Part shown: piece by piece, positions 1 through 12,486 of the stretch
Numbering within the stretch: position 1 is the stretch's first letter
Layout: every line of letters begins with the position of its first letter
Origin: Calcarisporiella thermophila CBS 279.70
Taxonomy: Eukaryota > Fungi > Calcarisporiellomycota
Length of the DNA: 64,000 bases
Direction of reading: 5' to 3'
Assembly (NCBI RefSeq): GCF_041956535.1
Contig: NW_027192213.1
Location: 115,111 to 179,110 of the forward strand
The notes under the pieces: generated by a model
What the model was told of the DNA's origin: nothing
Database searches by the model: none
Seen by the model: only the letters and a program-made list of their open reading frames with translations
Program-made: the position numbers and the translations under genes

Positions 1-1571
1 AAGAACGCGTACAACCAAGACAGGCAATCAATCGCAGAATACAGAAATAGGTGAAGAAGCAAGCCGGCCCAAGAGAAAGTCTCGTAAAGTTGCAGATTCA
101 TCTTCGTCACAAAATACTCCAAACAAGAAAGTAGCGGAGTCGAATGATAAGGGGAGCACGGTAAGAAGAGGGCGGCCTAGAAAATCTCCCAAGAAAATGA
201 CTGAGGATAGCACAGCCAAACTTCGCGGGCGTACTAAAGAAAGTGAAGTGAAGGGTCCAAGCGCATTGAGTAAGTAGTATCCTATATTGTTGTATCGCTT
301 CCTGCTGACTTGGTAAATCAATTTCGTTATTATAGAAAGCCAATATGAACTTTCGCACATTATCCGCGCTTTCCCTCACATTTCCCAGGATGGCGAGGCC
401 AATCCAACTGAGGACAAGTACATTAGTGTCTGGAGCTGTGAGTTCCAGCCATCACGAGAGGGTAATTTATCTTCATTTCTCTACTCCGGTAAAATGCTCA
501 CGTTCAACCTCAACCTAGGGGAATCCAATGTGGTGACTGTATGCGGAGTGAACTCCATTATATTTATTGATGTTCACCGTGGTGAAATAATAGCAAAGTA
601 TACGCACCCAGAAATGAACGAGGAGTTTTACTCGCTTGCTTGGACAACAGTGGTGCACAAAGGCAACCCCATTGATATCCTAGCTGCCGCAGGTAAGCAG
701 CACACATATTCCACACTCTCCAGCAGGTTAAGGCTCATTTATTGCTCATTCAGGGCATCTGGGTAGCATCAAGCTTATCAATCCAACACAAAATGAATGC
801 TACAGAATCCTACATGGCCACCAACGGAATGTTGTTCAACTCCGATTTTCTGCCACGCAACCGCGATGGCTCTACAGCGCATGCTCAGATCGAACTATTC
901 GCCTATGGGATATAGGCCATCCCTCGGGTGGCGAGAAAAATAATGCCGCCTGTTTGGCCACCTTTTCTGTCACGCGGCTACCAAGCACTATCTGCCCTCT
1001 GCCTGGAGATAAAGGGCTACTTGTTGGATGTGAGAATGGTTTGATGGAGCGATACCAATTTGATCCTGCAGATTTGCGCGCAAAAGAAGAGCCGCGCCAT
1101 TTTGACAAGCCAATAATGACGTACCCTTGCTCGGAAGAATGGCACGAAAGTCATGTTGACAATATCGTGACTATGCAGAGCCAAAAAGAGCAAGATTGGG
1201 TCATCTCGAGAGCAGCCGAGGATGAGGAGATCATTTTATGGAACTGGCGGAGAAGTACACCAGAGGATGCAGATATACGCCTTGCGCTGCTGTGGCCGCA
1301 GGCACGAGTTATCTTCCAGCGGTTCTGTGTCACATCCGATGCACTGGTTGCCGGTGACGCGGAAGGAAATGTGCACATCTTTGATTTAACCAAAACTAGT
1401 AGAACCCTAGAGGATCAAAGCAAAGAACGGCTGCCGCCTGAAATGGTGCTGGCACATCCCCAGTCGGATACCGTGCTGAGAGACGTGGCTATTGCTCCTG
1501 GAAATGGGTGCATCGTCGCGACCAACTGCGAAAATCTTGTGTATATCTGGCTGAGAAAGTCGTCCTCTTAA
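1..1571 (+). CDS. LRWD1: LRWD1/ORCA-like WD40 protein with an N-terminal AT-hook (5' truncated by the window; exons ~1-269, 336-461, 519-692, 754-1571)
   Basis: The spliced product reads ...VWSCEFQP...VVTVCGVNSIIFIDVHRGEIIAKY...EEFYSLAWT...ILAAAG...HGHQRNVVQLRFS...LYSACSDRTIRLWDIG. This matches the motif order of the metazoan LRWD1 WD40 domain as I recall it. RRGRPRK (AT-hook) is at 164-184. Introns are GT-AG. Confidence 0.7.
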
Positions 1572-2089
1572 TCTTCCTATTTATTATATCATTTGTTTAC
1601 CCCGTTTCGCTTTGCCAATCAAGACAGAGTTGCTCCACATGTATATCTACAATTTTATTCACACCAGGCGTCTCTCCTCTTGCTTTCTCCCATTTCTTCT
1701 CTTTTATTCCTTGCTAATGAGCATCAAAATTGTGATTGCGTATTTAAAAATAATTGAAATCATATATAAAGATATCTCTCTGCTTGTAATCCTACGAAAA
1801 TATTCCAATTTTAGCCTTGAGTATTTCAAAGAGGGGATTTGTAATCAATGCTGCAAAAGAAGGTCTAGTGAAAAGAACGACATGCCGCTAAGAAAGATTG
1901 TATTGTATACGGTATGCTCGAATATAATTGCTGTTAGGCCTATCATTTTCCCGAGCTAATTTATTTTTCTCACTCTCCTTAAGTTTCAAAGGCTGGGTAT
2001 CAAAGCTGCTGAGATTTAGCGCGGTAATTTAAGGCATTCTTGGGCTTCCATGTCGATGGTCTAAAATAAATCCAAATTGGATTCCAAAA

Positions 2090-2106
2090 ACGCGTAAAAC
2101 ACGCGT
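2090..2106. promoter_or_regulatory. Tandem MCB-type (ACGCGT) cell-cycle elements upstream of the TPX2-like gene
   Basis: ACGCGT at 2090-2095 and 2101-2106, about 250 bp upstream of the ATG at 2356. Confidence 0.55.
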
Positions 2107-2355
2107 TTTCACATTTTACCTCCCCGCGCTTTTCTCTTTCAAGCAACAAATACATCAAAAACATTCAATTGTGGCGATTTGAATATTACCACGCTCCACA
2201 GCGCCTGCACCATTGCGAAAGGTAAATGAATAACCCGGCTCTTTAGAAGCCCACCCTCTGCACTTTTTTATAAATCCGTCGAAATTCATTTTCCTAAGCT
2301 TAATATTTTTTTATCCTCAAATTATAGTATAACCGGTACACTCTTTAGAAAGAGT

Positions 2356-5192
2356 ATGGTCTATGCAAAAGAACAGGCCCGTACACCACGGGAAATGTAC
2401 AACAGCGATTCCGACTCATTCGATGAAGTATGTAAAAATTCTCATCCGTGAATTAATTATTTTATTCTGATTTAAATCATGTGCCTTTTAAACCGCGATT
2501 AATTCTTTTGATTTTGTTTAACATTTTCCAGCCAGAATTTCTCAAGAGGACCTCCCTCAATAGCCTTGAGCAATCTCCGGATTCAGTTGCCTCCTCCTTA
2601 CGCCGTGCCGCCAAAAAGACCTCAAATATATACCAACCTCGATGTTATTTACGTGATGATCCAAATGATAGCTTGAATTTCGATGCACCAAGATTTTATG
2701 ATTTCAATGAATCTCGATTCACAGAGAAATATGATCCGGATTGTACCAAGTGGTTCGGTAAGCTTAGGAAAATTCTTTCCATTGTAATTACTCCTACATA
2801 AATTCTAACTTTTTTCCTTCTGCAGAGATTCGGGATGGTTCCCCAGCAGTGAAGAGAAATTTGCAGCCCCTCGTAAATGATTCAACCCTGCTGAATCTGA
2901 CTCATGATGCAAGCCCCGAACTAGGCAGCTACATGGCTTGTGACAACGACAATATGCTGGATGAGTTATTTCACACGGATATGGAGATGACACGCAAGGC
3001 TACCTTTGATGCCAACATTATACAAAAGGCACCCTTTGGCTCATCAATAGAAACTCTTGTTGAGCCCTTAAATAACAAAAGTGTGAGTCAAGCTAAGCTA
3101 GAGGCTGAAGAAGAAGAGGAAAAATTTAACGGCAGTGAAGAAGAAGCGAAGAAAAAGAGGGAAGAGGAGGAGGAGGAGGGGGAAGAAGAAGAAAATATCG
3201 GAGGGGAAGAAGAAGGTGAAGAAGTAGAAAGTGATGAGGAAAATGAAGAGAAAGAGGTGGAGGAGAGCGAGGAGGAGGATAGCGGGAAAAAAGTGCACGA
3301 AAACATAGAATCAGAAGTAGAAGAGCCGGAGGTAATCCGCGGGAATCACGAATCTTATCAGCATTCATATCATTTTGGATATCAGGAAACAGAGTACGCA
3401 GGTGAGGAGCAATTCTGCGCCGTCGATGACGAAGGCAATCTAAAGAAAGAGCCCCTGGAAGAATCAGCTATATTTAATCTCGTCTCTTCTTTCGGGTGGA
3501 ATGGAGTAAAGCATCAACCCATAGCTTCGCCAATCCTCCCACCCGCTCAAGCTTACCCCGAAAAGAAACCAGCCTCTTCCATGGCTACCTCTTCTGTCTT
3601 TAGAAGCACCTATCGGCCACTCACAATTCCAAAAGAATTTAATTTTGCCACGTCAACTCGCGTGGAGCGTGGAAAGGCTGGACAAAAGAGAGAGATCGAG
3701 AAGAAAAAGCTAAGCAGACCTCTAGGTATACGTACCCCTAAGGCTATTCAGGTATGAAAATTTGTAGTTGGACATTTGTCAATTAGAGTCTCGACTAACA
3801 GGCTAACTCTCTTGATTCTTGTAGAAGAGACCAGTGAAGCTTACTGTCCCCAAACCTTTTCATTTCCACTCAAGCACTTCCCACCGCTCTAAAGCCTTTG
3901 CAGAAGCAGCACAGGAAATCAAGTCTCCCTTTGTACCGCTAGCCGTGCGAGTTCAGCAATTTGAGAGCAAAGTATTAAATCGGTCGAAGGTGAAAGCCGA
4001 GTCCAAGGTAACAATATTCATCTTATTTACCACAGTATCACATATTCAACCTGCGTTTACTATTGAATAGCAATCTGCGCCACTGATGTCCAGTTTAACT
4101 TTGCCGCAGTCACCCTTTCTCCGTACGTCCAAACTTAGAGCAAAGCCGAAAATTGCTGCAGCGCTTCCGCCCCCTCCACCACCACCTCCTCAACGAGCAC
4201 CTGTACAATCAGCTAAGGTAAACATCATTCTTTTCATCTGGAGTTTTACATGTATCTCTATTGGGCTCTACATATATAAAATGTAGGCGCTGCAAGAAAT
4301 CAAGAGGACCGAGCTAACCATTCCCAAATCCCCGCAGTTTTTGACTCGATTCCGAACACGGCCAATAAGGTTGGTTTCTAGAATCATGTCATGAAGGATC
4401 ATTGTATACACATCGGCCTCTAACCCTATGTATTGAATAGTACGATCACAGAGAAAGAGAACAAAAACACAATGTTTAAAGCAAAGCCATTTGACAAGAA
4501 GCTGTTCGAGAAACCAAAGGTGGTTGCGCCGCTGCAAGTTACCAAACCCAAGCTGACTATCCCACAATCTCCTGCTTTCACAAAATCGCGAGCACGCGCT
4601 CCCCAGCTTTCCTCTTCCAATACAAATCCCGCACCCACCCATCCGGCTTCACATAGGGAACAGGCAATTTCCACATCGCTCCAGTCTGGCCATTTTCTGG
4701 GGCAGTCGATAAGTCAACTACGGCGCTGGGAATTCGAGGAAAAGATTCGGAAGGAGAATATCGAGAAAAAGCAAGCTGCCAAACCTAAACCGGTAGGTGG
4801 ACTACTACTTGAAATGTTGCCGTGATTGTTCTTGCTAACAAAATATTATCAAAACATAGACGGCAAAACCTAAAGTCACCCGCCCGGCTCCATTCCGATT
4901 CCAGACTGATCTTAGAGCTGAGCGTCACCAAGGGCGCCAACAGAATGCCTTTCAAGACAAACTTGAACTTTGGCGAAGCAAGGAAAAGGCAGAGCAATTG
5001 CAAGAGCTACGGTCGCAAGAGGAGCGACGTCGAAAAGTCGAAGAGGAGGATAGGAGATGGAAGATGAAGAGAAAGCTAGAGGAGGAGAAGGGCAAAGAGG
5101 AATTCCGCCAACTGCGACAGAAACTCTCGCATCGAACGGAACCAATCTACAACGCAATGAAAACAAGTGTAATAACAAAAAGCTTTCGGTAG
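2356..5192 (+). CDS. TPX2: TPX2-like microtubule/spindle assembly factor (multi-exon)
   Basis: N-terminal NFDAPRFYDF...WF resembles the Aurora-A-binding motif. It is followed by an acidic linker, repeated LT(I/V/L)P(K/Q)(E/P/S)(F/P) motifs, FKAKP, and a C-terminal FRLQTDLRAERH...coiled coil typical of TPX2. Confidence 0.75.
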
Positions 5193-5679
5193 ATGAAAAG
5201 CTGGAGAAGTGCGCAACTGATTTTAAATTATAACCTGCTGTATAGGTTCACTTTATATATATTTCCATCTTAGATTTTTCAATTTATCTTTTGTTTTTTT
5301 ACGCTGCTTATCCTAGCTGTTGATGTTTGCTTTCTACTTTTCAATGGTTACTCTTTGCGTATATTTCTCTTTTTCTTTTTTAATTTGCGTCTATATATAC
5401 ATATATTGTTTCTTTTTTTTCCTCCTCCTTTTTTATAACAGAATTTAATTAATTTTTTTACTTTGTTTATCGATGCAGCAGTTAGGCATCGGCCGTTACT
5501 GAAATTATAGATAAAATGATTTTATCAATGCTACGAATCTAGTTTTAGACTCATTCATAATCGGGATATATAACTAAAGATAATTTTAGTTTCTCTATTA
5601 TGAAATAAAAGAAGTCTCTATACAAAATAGATATAAGAAATCAAATACGCAGGCAAAAAAAAAAGAAATCGCATAGTAA

Positions 5680-7702
5680 TCACATCACAACGCATCGAGA
5701 CCAGCTGAGAAGTTTCTTGGGCTCACTGCTCTCTTTACCTGCCTCAGCTTGGGCTGCCTTTCTCTCCTGTCTTCTCTTTTTCTTTGCACTCAAAGAGTGG
5801 GCTTCGCACGTATTACAGCATGCTTTGCAACGATGACGGGGGCATTTAGGAGATGCAACACTTCGTTTGCAACCTGCGCATTGCTGACGTTGCACACGGT
5901 TGGGATTCGGAGCAGCAGAATTATTTTCAGCGGTACCAAGTTTTTCTATTAGGCATGATGGAATGCATAAGTATTTAGCGGGTAAAAAAAATGAAAAAAA
6001 AAATTCACTCACGTTTCTTCCGCTTTGGTGAGGCTTGAAGGACCCCACGCACCGACTCGAGTGACCGCATGGAGCGTGTTCGCTTCAATCCGGCCAAACT
6101 CTGCTCAGTTTCCTCATCGACTATGTCCTCATTCTGTTGAGGAAACTCTGGCGTTAATTCATTTTCTATAACAGAATTTAACTTTGCTGGCGATGTGGTA
6201 TCCATAGCTTCAGAGGTGGGTTTATCATCAACTACAACCTTCACGCCCTCCGCCACGGCAACAACCGATGTCAGCATACCATTGATTCCATTACCTGGCG
6301 CCTTCTCCTCCTTGTTCTCTGGCTTGATCTCGTTTTTTTTTTCAGCCTTTTCCCCTTCAGATTTAGCTGGAGGCAGTGCAGGTCGAATGTATGGTTGACA
6401 GACCCAGTGTGGGAGCATCTTCAGTCCTCTTTCGTCCAACTTTCCCCATTTCTCTTTCCACTCATCACCCATCACTTTCTCATCCTCAAGCAATCTCTGC
6501 TTCAGCTCCCCCACAATTTTCTCTATCTCCTCGTAGGTTCTTGCAGAGCCAAGCGCGCTTCTTAGATCTGTGTGCACTGGCAACGCGGCGTGGAAGATCT
6601 TGAAGAGGTGAGCTCGTGCGAAGGGCCATTTTGTATTGAGTTCTCGGCAAATAGCAAGGTATTCTTCGGCAATTTGCCAGCTGTGCGGGTGCTGGCCGGT
6701 GAACAGTGCAGGGTTGTATAGATTTCCCTCTGCGGACATCACTCCATCACAGCCAGTATACTCAAGGCAACGCTGGACGTCCTCGAAATAAAGGATATTT
6801 CCGTTCGCAAATACTGGGATCTTTAACGCTTGCCTAAAAACTCGAAAAAGATCAGCCAAATGATACAGAATAGCCGTGCAAAAGAGTTAATACTCACTTG
6901 ACAGCACGGATTTGGTCCCAATCTGCAAGCCCCGTCTTGTGGCCCTTCTGTTCTCGTAATCTTCCGTGCACGGTGAGGAGCTGGGCACCAGCGCTTTCGA
7001 TCATCTTTGCATACTCAATTGTCTTGGAGACATCGGGGAAGATTCGAATCTTCACAGTAACAGGGACGGACAGCTCCCGATGTAGAAGATTCACTGTAAA
7101 AAAAAACAACTCAATATCATCAATAGTGTGAAGCATATGTGTGCTTTGCACTCACCCATTCTATAAATAAGGTCCCATTCATCCTGTAAGTACGAGCCAT
7201 AATGTCCTCGCTTAGCTATGTGTTGGGGACAGCCAAGGTTAAGATCAACTGCATCACAATCCTTCTCCACCATCTTTGCAGCTTTCAATAGAGTTTCGGG
7301 ATCATTGGCACAAAACTAAGATAATAAATGAGAATGAATACAAAATAATGCTCAAATGTATATTGATCGATGTGTACCTGAACAATTAAAGGTCTATCCT
7401 CCGAATTAGTTGACCACTGTTCTTCTCTATAGGTGGTATTGTTTTTATCACTAAACATCCGTGCATGGAACATAGGGGTATAGCATAATTCGGAATTGTA
7501 TCGTCTGCTTAAGGTACGCCATGCCTGATAAGACACATATTAGTACCTAGAAAATAAAAGACGGTATAGAAGAGCATTGACGTACCAATTCAGATTGATC
7601 CACCATTGGGGCGACGATATATCTGGACCCCCTTAATGATTTTTGCCAAAATTCATAACCAGAAAGCTTGGTTGCAGCAGAAACGGGCTCAGGAACTGTC
7701 AT
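5680..7702 (-). CDS. DUS1: tRNA-dihydrouridine synthase 1 with a C-terminal Cys/His cluster exon
   Basis: Motifs [57 protein letters not shown] and FANGNI...[14 protein letters not shown] final exon at 5680-~5945 is joined via a GTGAGT donor near 6013. Confidence 0.92.
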
Positions 7703-8587
7703 GTTAAAGAAAGTATTGGAAAGTGTGGAGTAGCGGTTGGGAAGAATGCAAAAAGTATTGCGACGAAAAACTAGACTAAACGATTTAATGAGATGATGTG
7801 ATGATACGAAGAAATTGGAGCTAAAAGAAGTAGGAATCATGCATTTACAGGCTCCCTCTCTTCCTTCTAATGATCACCCTAGGTGAGCGAAGTGGGATTA
7901 GAAGAACTTAAATTTTTGTTTACACAACCAAATAGAAAGCGGTTCTGTACTGTCAACTTGGATTTGAAATTTAGGACTGCGCTTTTATTGAGGTTAAATA
8001 ATATCAAAAAATTCAAAATGGAAATCATGTTGGCAGGAGAAACTGGCCTTATTACTGGTATATGATTTGTTCCTGGCTTTGTTAGTATGAAGTTGAATTA
8101 CAATTAGTTGGTAACCTTCACCAAAATACCTAGCTGACATAAACTCTGCAGGAGCTTCTTGAGACGAATTTGTCCTATGAGCAGGAGATAATACCTAAGC
8201 AACATACCATGGGCTTTTACTCTTGCTCCAAAGTGAAGGTTTTATCAAAGTGAAATAATTGACTAATAAAGAAGCACAAGATAATGGGAATATACAATCT
8301 CATAGGTAATGCACGGTGGGTACTGAAAACGACAAGAAATAACCCCTTGATTATACAATCATGACATTCTGCATCGAGGCTGCAGCTACTGGGACAGAAT
8401 GTGGAACTTGTGACTCGAATAAAAAGTATTGATTGAGATTGGAAATGAAAACTGGGACCATAAAATTTCCCAATCAAAAACCTAGGATGATGATTATAAA
8501 CATCGTATATCCTGTGATAGTGTACATAGTTTATGGAAAAAAAAAAGAATATAGAGATACAGAGGAGAGAAATTAATACATTAACCA

Positions 8588-9371
8588 CTACATTAAAAAT
8601 CCAAAAGCAATGTCTCTCTGCCACACGCCCATATTTCGAATAAATACTAATCCAATAGGTAAGCAGCAGATTATCGGTATACTAACCGATAGCACTATAA
8701 CAGTCATCAGTAGTGTAGACAAGCTTATGACAGGTTTCATCAAAAGATAATAGACAACACAGCGCCAGGTCCAGATGTCAGATATAAGATTGGATTCGCG
8801 CGGAGAATCTGTAAAAAAAACTCGGGGATATGAATGATGTGCAAAATCTTCTGGACGGCCCATGCAAAGTTCGAGTAGTATAAGTTCTAAGCGCCCGAGC
8901 ATTCTATTTAGTATCATAAATCATATTAGAAAAAAGGAAAAGAAAAATATCCAAAATAAATTATTACCTATAGCTACAACAGGACAGACCTAATAATAGT
9001 AATCCAATGGGCGGTATAATCAAACACACGATGCTCACGATTAGCGAGGCTAAAATCCACAGAAATCCCAGTAATCCAATAACTACGCCAACCACTAATT
9101 GATATATCAATGCGCCCCATGTTACTAACTCGAAAGGGGCAATGCAGCAATTGAAGGTGTAAGAATCTTCCTCATAATTATTACGAGTGACACGAATTGG
9201 ACGGAAAATAACAACAGGAAACTGAGCTATCCTCGGCAATGGAGCAGATTGTGGAGGCACCGTTTGAGGGGATGGAAGGAGGGGAGAGCTAGGAGAGGCT
9301 TGGATCTCGATACTTGAGTAAGGCGGCGGAGGATCTTCTGGCAATTGGATGTTTTCTCCTCGTATCTTCAT
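8588..9371 (-). CDS. Membrane protein with an N-terminal PPPPY motif and a putative-sensor-like 4-TM domain, paralog A (2 exons)
   Basis: Reads MKIRGENIQLPEDPPPPYSS...TWGALIYQLVV...IIPPIGLLLL...YR/MLGRLEL...WTWRCVVYYLLMK...WQRDIAF. One intron at ~8907-8965. Clear paralog of 10707-11554. Confidence 0.75.
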
Positions 9372-10706
9372 CGTCGTAAACTCCAAGAGAATTAAAAAGA
9401 TATATTTTCATATCTTGGCAGTTTATTATACTAAATATTGCTTTATTCGATGACGTGTTTCGTGTATGACGTGCCAGAAGGTTGAAATAGTCAAATTATG
9501 CGTGAAAATGTTTTCGATTGGAATACCTCGATATAATCAGCTTTGAGAGGGGAAAGAAAGAGAAGGGAGAAGACCAAACAGCTACTATGTATACTTCCAA
9601 AGAGAACATTATTCTTTTAACCCTTTATTAGAAAAAATAGTTGCGCACTCTAGATTCTACCCCAAGTTCATACATTAGGAGCGTATCAATTGTCAAGTAT
9701 TAAAAATTAAAAGCTTGAAGGCCTGTATATATCCAAGTTGCAATTATAGAACCTGCTCTCTTTCATGATCTCTACTCTTTTAAGCAGTTCTCTTCGGCTC
9801 TCTCGTCCTTCTTTTAGCGCATATTTTCATTTTCTTCTAACGCGTTACACTAAAATTGAGTATGTTATACTCTAAAAATGAAAATCCACCATTTACAATA
9901 GAAACATCTGGTTATTATTTTAAACTAGGTATCATCCGATTCGTATTATTCCATAAAATCATTGAACCTCAGAGTATGATTTACCTAAGGGATACTTTCT
10001 CTTTGAGATGATCATGCACTTTATGACCAAAGCTATTGTTTTTATTTATGACCAAACTTTAAAGCAAATTAATGTTAAACGGCAGTTGCCAACTGTGTTA
10101 AGAGAATTAGCGGACTTTGGACTAAAAAAAACCAACGAAATAGACTGAGATTAATATGAAGTAAAAAGTTGAAATAACCATGGAAAGAATAGGCCTATTT
10201 AATACTGGTAATATGACTCAAATTAATTGGTCGCGGGTTCCAAGATGCTATTTTCCCCTATTTATGAGTCTGCTGTTGCTCATTCAGCGCGCACCTCTTT
10301 TACTCCTCGCAAATAGGTATTGTTTATACTGTGCATGACCGTTGTGCCTATCTATAGAAATTTTCAGGCTCAGTATATGTTCAAGAACTTGGCCATGTTG
10401 AAATGAATGGCTCTTATGTATAGCCTACTACATTTTCTACTTTGAAGATTGAATGGATCTTATGGACATACTGCTCTACATGCAAGAATGAGCCATATCT
10501 ATCTTGCATTTATCCATATTTTTATTGAAATCGGACAACAAACAAAAGAAAATGAGTAAAACATTACAAGATACAAACGCGCATGAAATAGAGAGGAGTG
10601 GAGGTCGAGGGGAACGAGAGAGAGAATAGGGAGATGACGGGGCATTACAAGTCAACCACTATCTATACTGTTGTTGATCTGGGAGATGGGGGGGGGGAGC
10701 GTCGGA

Positions 10707-11554
10707 TTATTCAAAATGCAAACATTTAAAAGCAAAATCACGCTGCCATAGGGTCACACTCCTCACGAACATCAGCCCCAAGGGGAAGAAGCAAATGATG
10801 CCCAAGGTGAGGCCAAGCACGAGCATGATCGACACCATCACCGAAATACCTATAAACATCTTGATGAACGTAAAGTAAAGCACACACCACCATGTCCAGC
10901 GTCTCCCGGCTACGGTGGGATAGATGACGTTGCGGCCCTGGAGGTAGTCTTCCGGAAAGACGCGTGGATCCTTGCGCCCCCGATAGAGAGGGGGTCGGCC
11001 AAAGAGGTATTCTTGCGAGATGAGCTCAAATCTTCCGAGCATGCTACATGAGGGTAGTAAGAAAAGAAAAAGGGGAGTTAGAAACCACCTCCCCTCACTT
11101 CGACCCATATTATTTACCGAATAGAGTAGAACGAGAAAGACAACATGATGAGCCCCACTGGGGGTATAATCAGTAGGAAAACGCTCATTAATAGAGTGGT
11201 CCACACCCATACGAATCCCACGATCCCAAACGGTAATGCGAACACCAATAAATATAAAATTCCAACCCACGTCCTATAATCGCGACATGAATCCCAAATA
11301 CTCCCAGAGTATTCGTTTTCATTAGGATAGCCCTTATTAGAGGTGAGGGGGACATCCGAGTCATAGGAATGGCTTTGGTCTAAGGAAATACCGAGCTCGG
11401 AGGCTTCGGGACAACTTGGTTCTGGAATGGACGGAAGAGGATTGGAAGAAAGGGGGGGAGCATTGGCGTGTGAAGCAGCGAGTGGAACCGTATTTTCGAA
11501 TGAGTAGGGCGGGGGGGCTTCATAGTCACTCTTATCCTCGACAGTAATCTTCAT
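10707..11554 (-). CDS. Membrane protein with an N-terminal PPPY motif and a putative-sensor-like 4-TM domain, paralog B (2 exons)
   Basis: Reads MKITVEDKSDYEAPPPYSF...RTWVGILYLLVFALPFGIVGFVWVW...IIPPVGL...R/MLGRFEL...WTWWCVLYFTFIK...WQRDFAF. The intron is at the same codon position as in paralog A. Confidence 0.78.
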
Positions 11555-12486
11555 TTTAGTAATGTAGGAAGATGAAGGAAACTATTATTTATTTTTAGCC
11601 AAGAGTTGGAGCCATACAAAGTAACCGAAATCCCTCCTTAGCTTCGCCCTGGAGATGGGGGCTCAAAGGCCCACTGATTGGTGAGCCGAATCTTTCTTCC
11701 ACTTGAGATAAAAGTAGTCGAGCCAATCAGTGATCTGTGGGGACATTTTCGGCCATGATGCGTTCTCGATGGAATCCTCATATTTGCCAAAGGGGTTATG
11801 TCTTATGTAGCCTATGCTCATGTCATTAGCTTTGAAAAATATAATGCCGCTCTGAATATTGAAGCTCCACCTCGTTCCTGTAAACTTATGAGGATTAGTC
11901 ACTGAAACGGATTCACATTCTCAACAGTCGAAAAATGTTCACCCTAGTGTGGCTTTGATGTGGGCATCCGATACACTTTCCACTCTCCCAGTATGCCTTT
12001 CTTATTCAAGGTGGAGCTGGCGCAAAATTGACGTGTTTAGTGGTCAGATTAACAACCTGTTTGTTTGGAAAAAATGGTTTTTATAACCAACTTGTCATGC
12101 TGTATTAGCAGTGCGTGATCTTTTTTGCAAACCCGACACTTGTGGCGGTGCAAACTTAGGGTGGAAATGGAAAATATCTGGTGAGCGATTTGATAAGCCA
12201 CGGTCTAGAGGGAAGAAGAGGATAAAAGAAGATAGTCAAGCGCATTGGCGCCTAATTAATTCAAAAATAGTCTGCCTACATGGACCATGTTGTTGGAGTC
12301 ATTATAATTGGTAATAATAAATATTAAGATATGTCCTTGGGGGAGTACATGTTGCTATTCATTCGATCTAAAGAGATGGCTCTAAAATTAAACCAGTCTC
12401 GGAATTCAAATCGTGACTTTGTTTTGAAATATCGAAACTAGCCTTTTCTGAATTTTTTATATCACGTCTCGTTTCGAGTCGCCGAC

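Noticed and set aside
3088-3368. Ser/Phe/Leu-rich antisense ORFs, also at 43831-44472 and 31820-32695
   Set aside because: They are mirror frames of Glu/Ser-rich or GC-rich sense coding regions.
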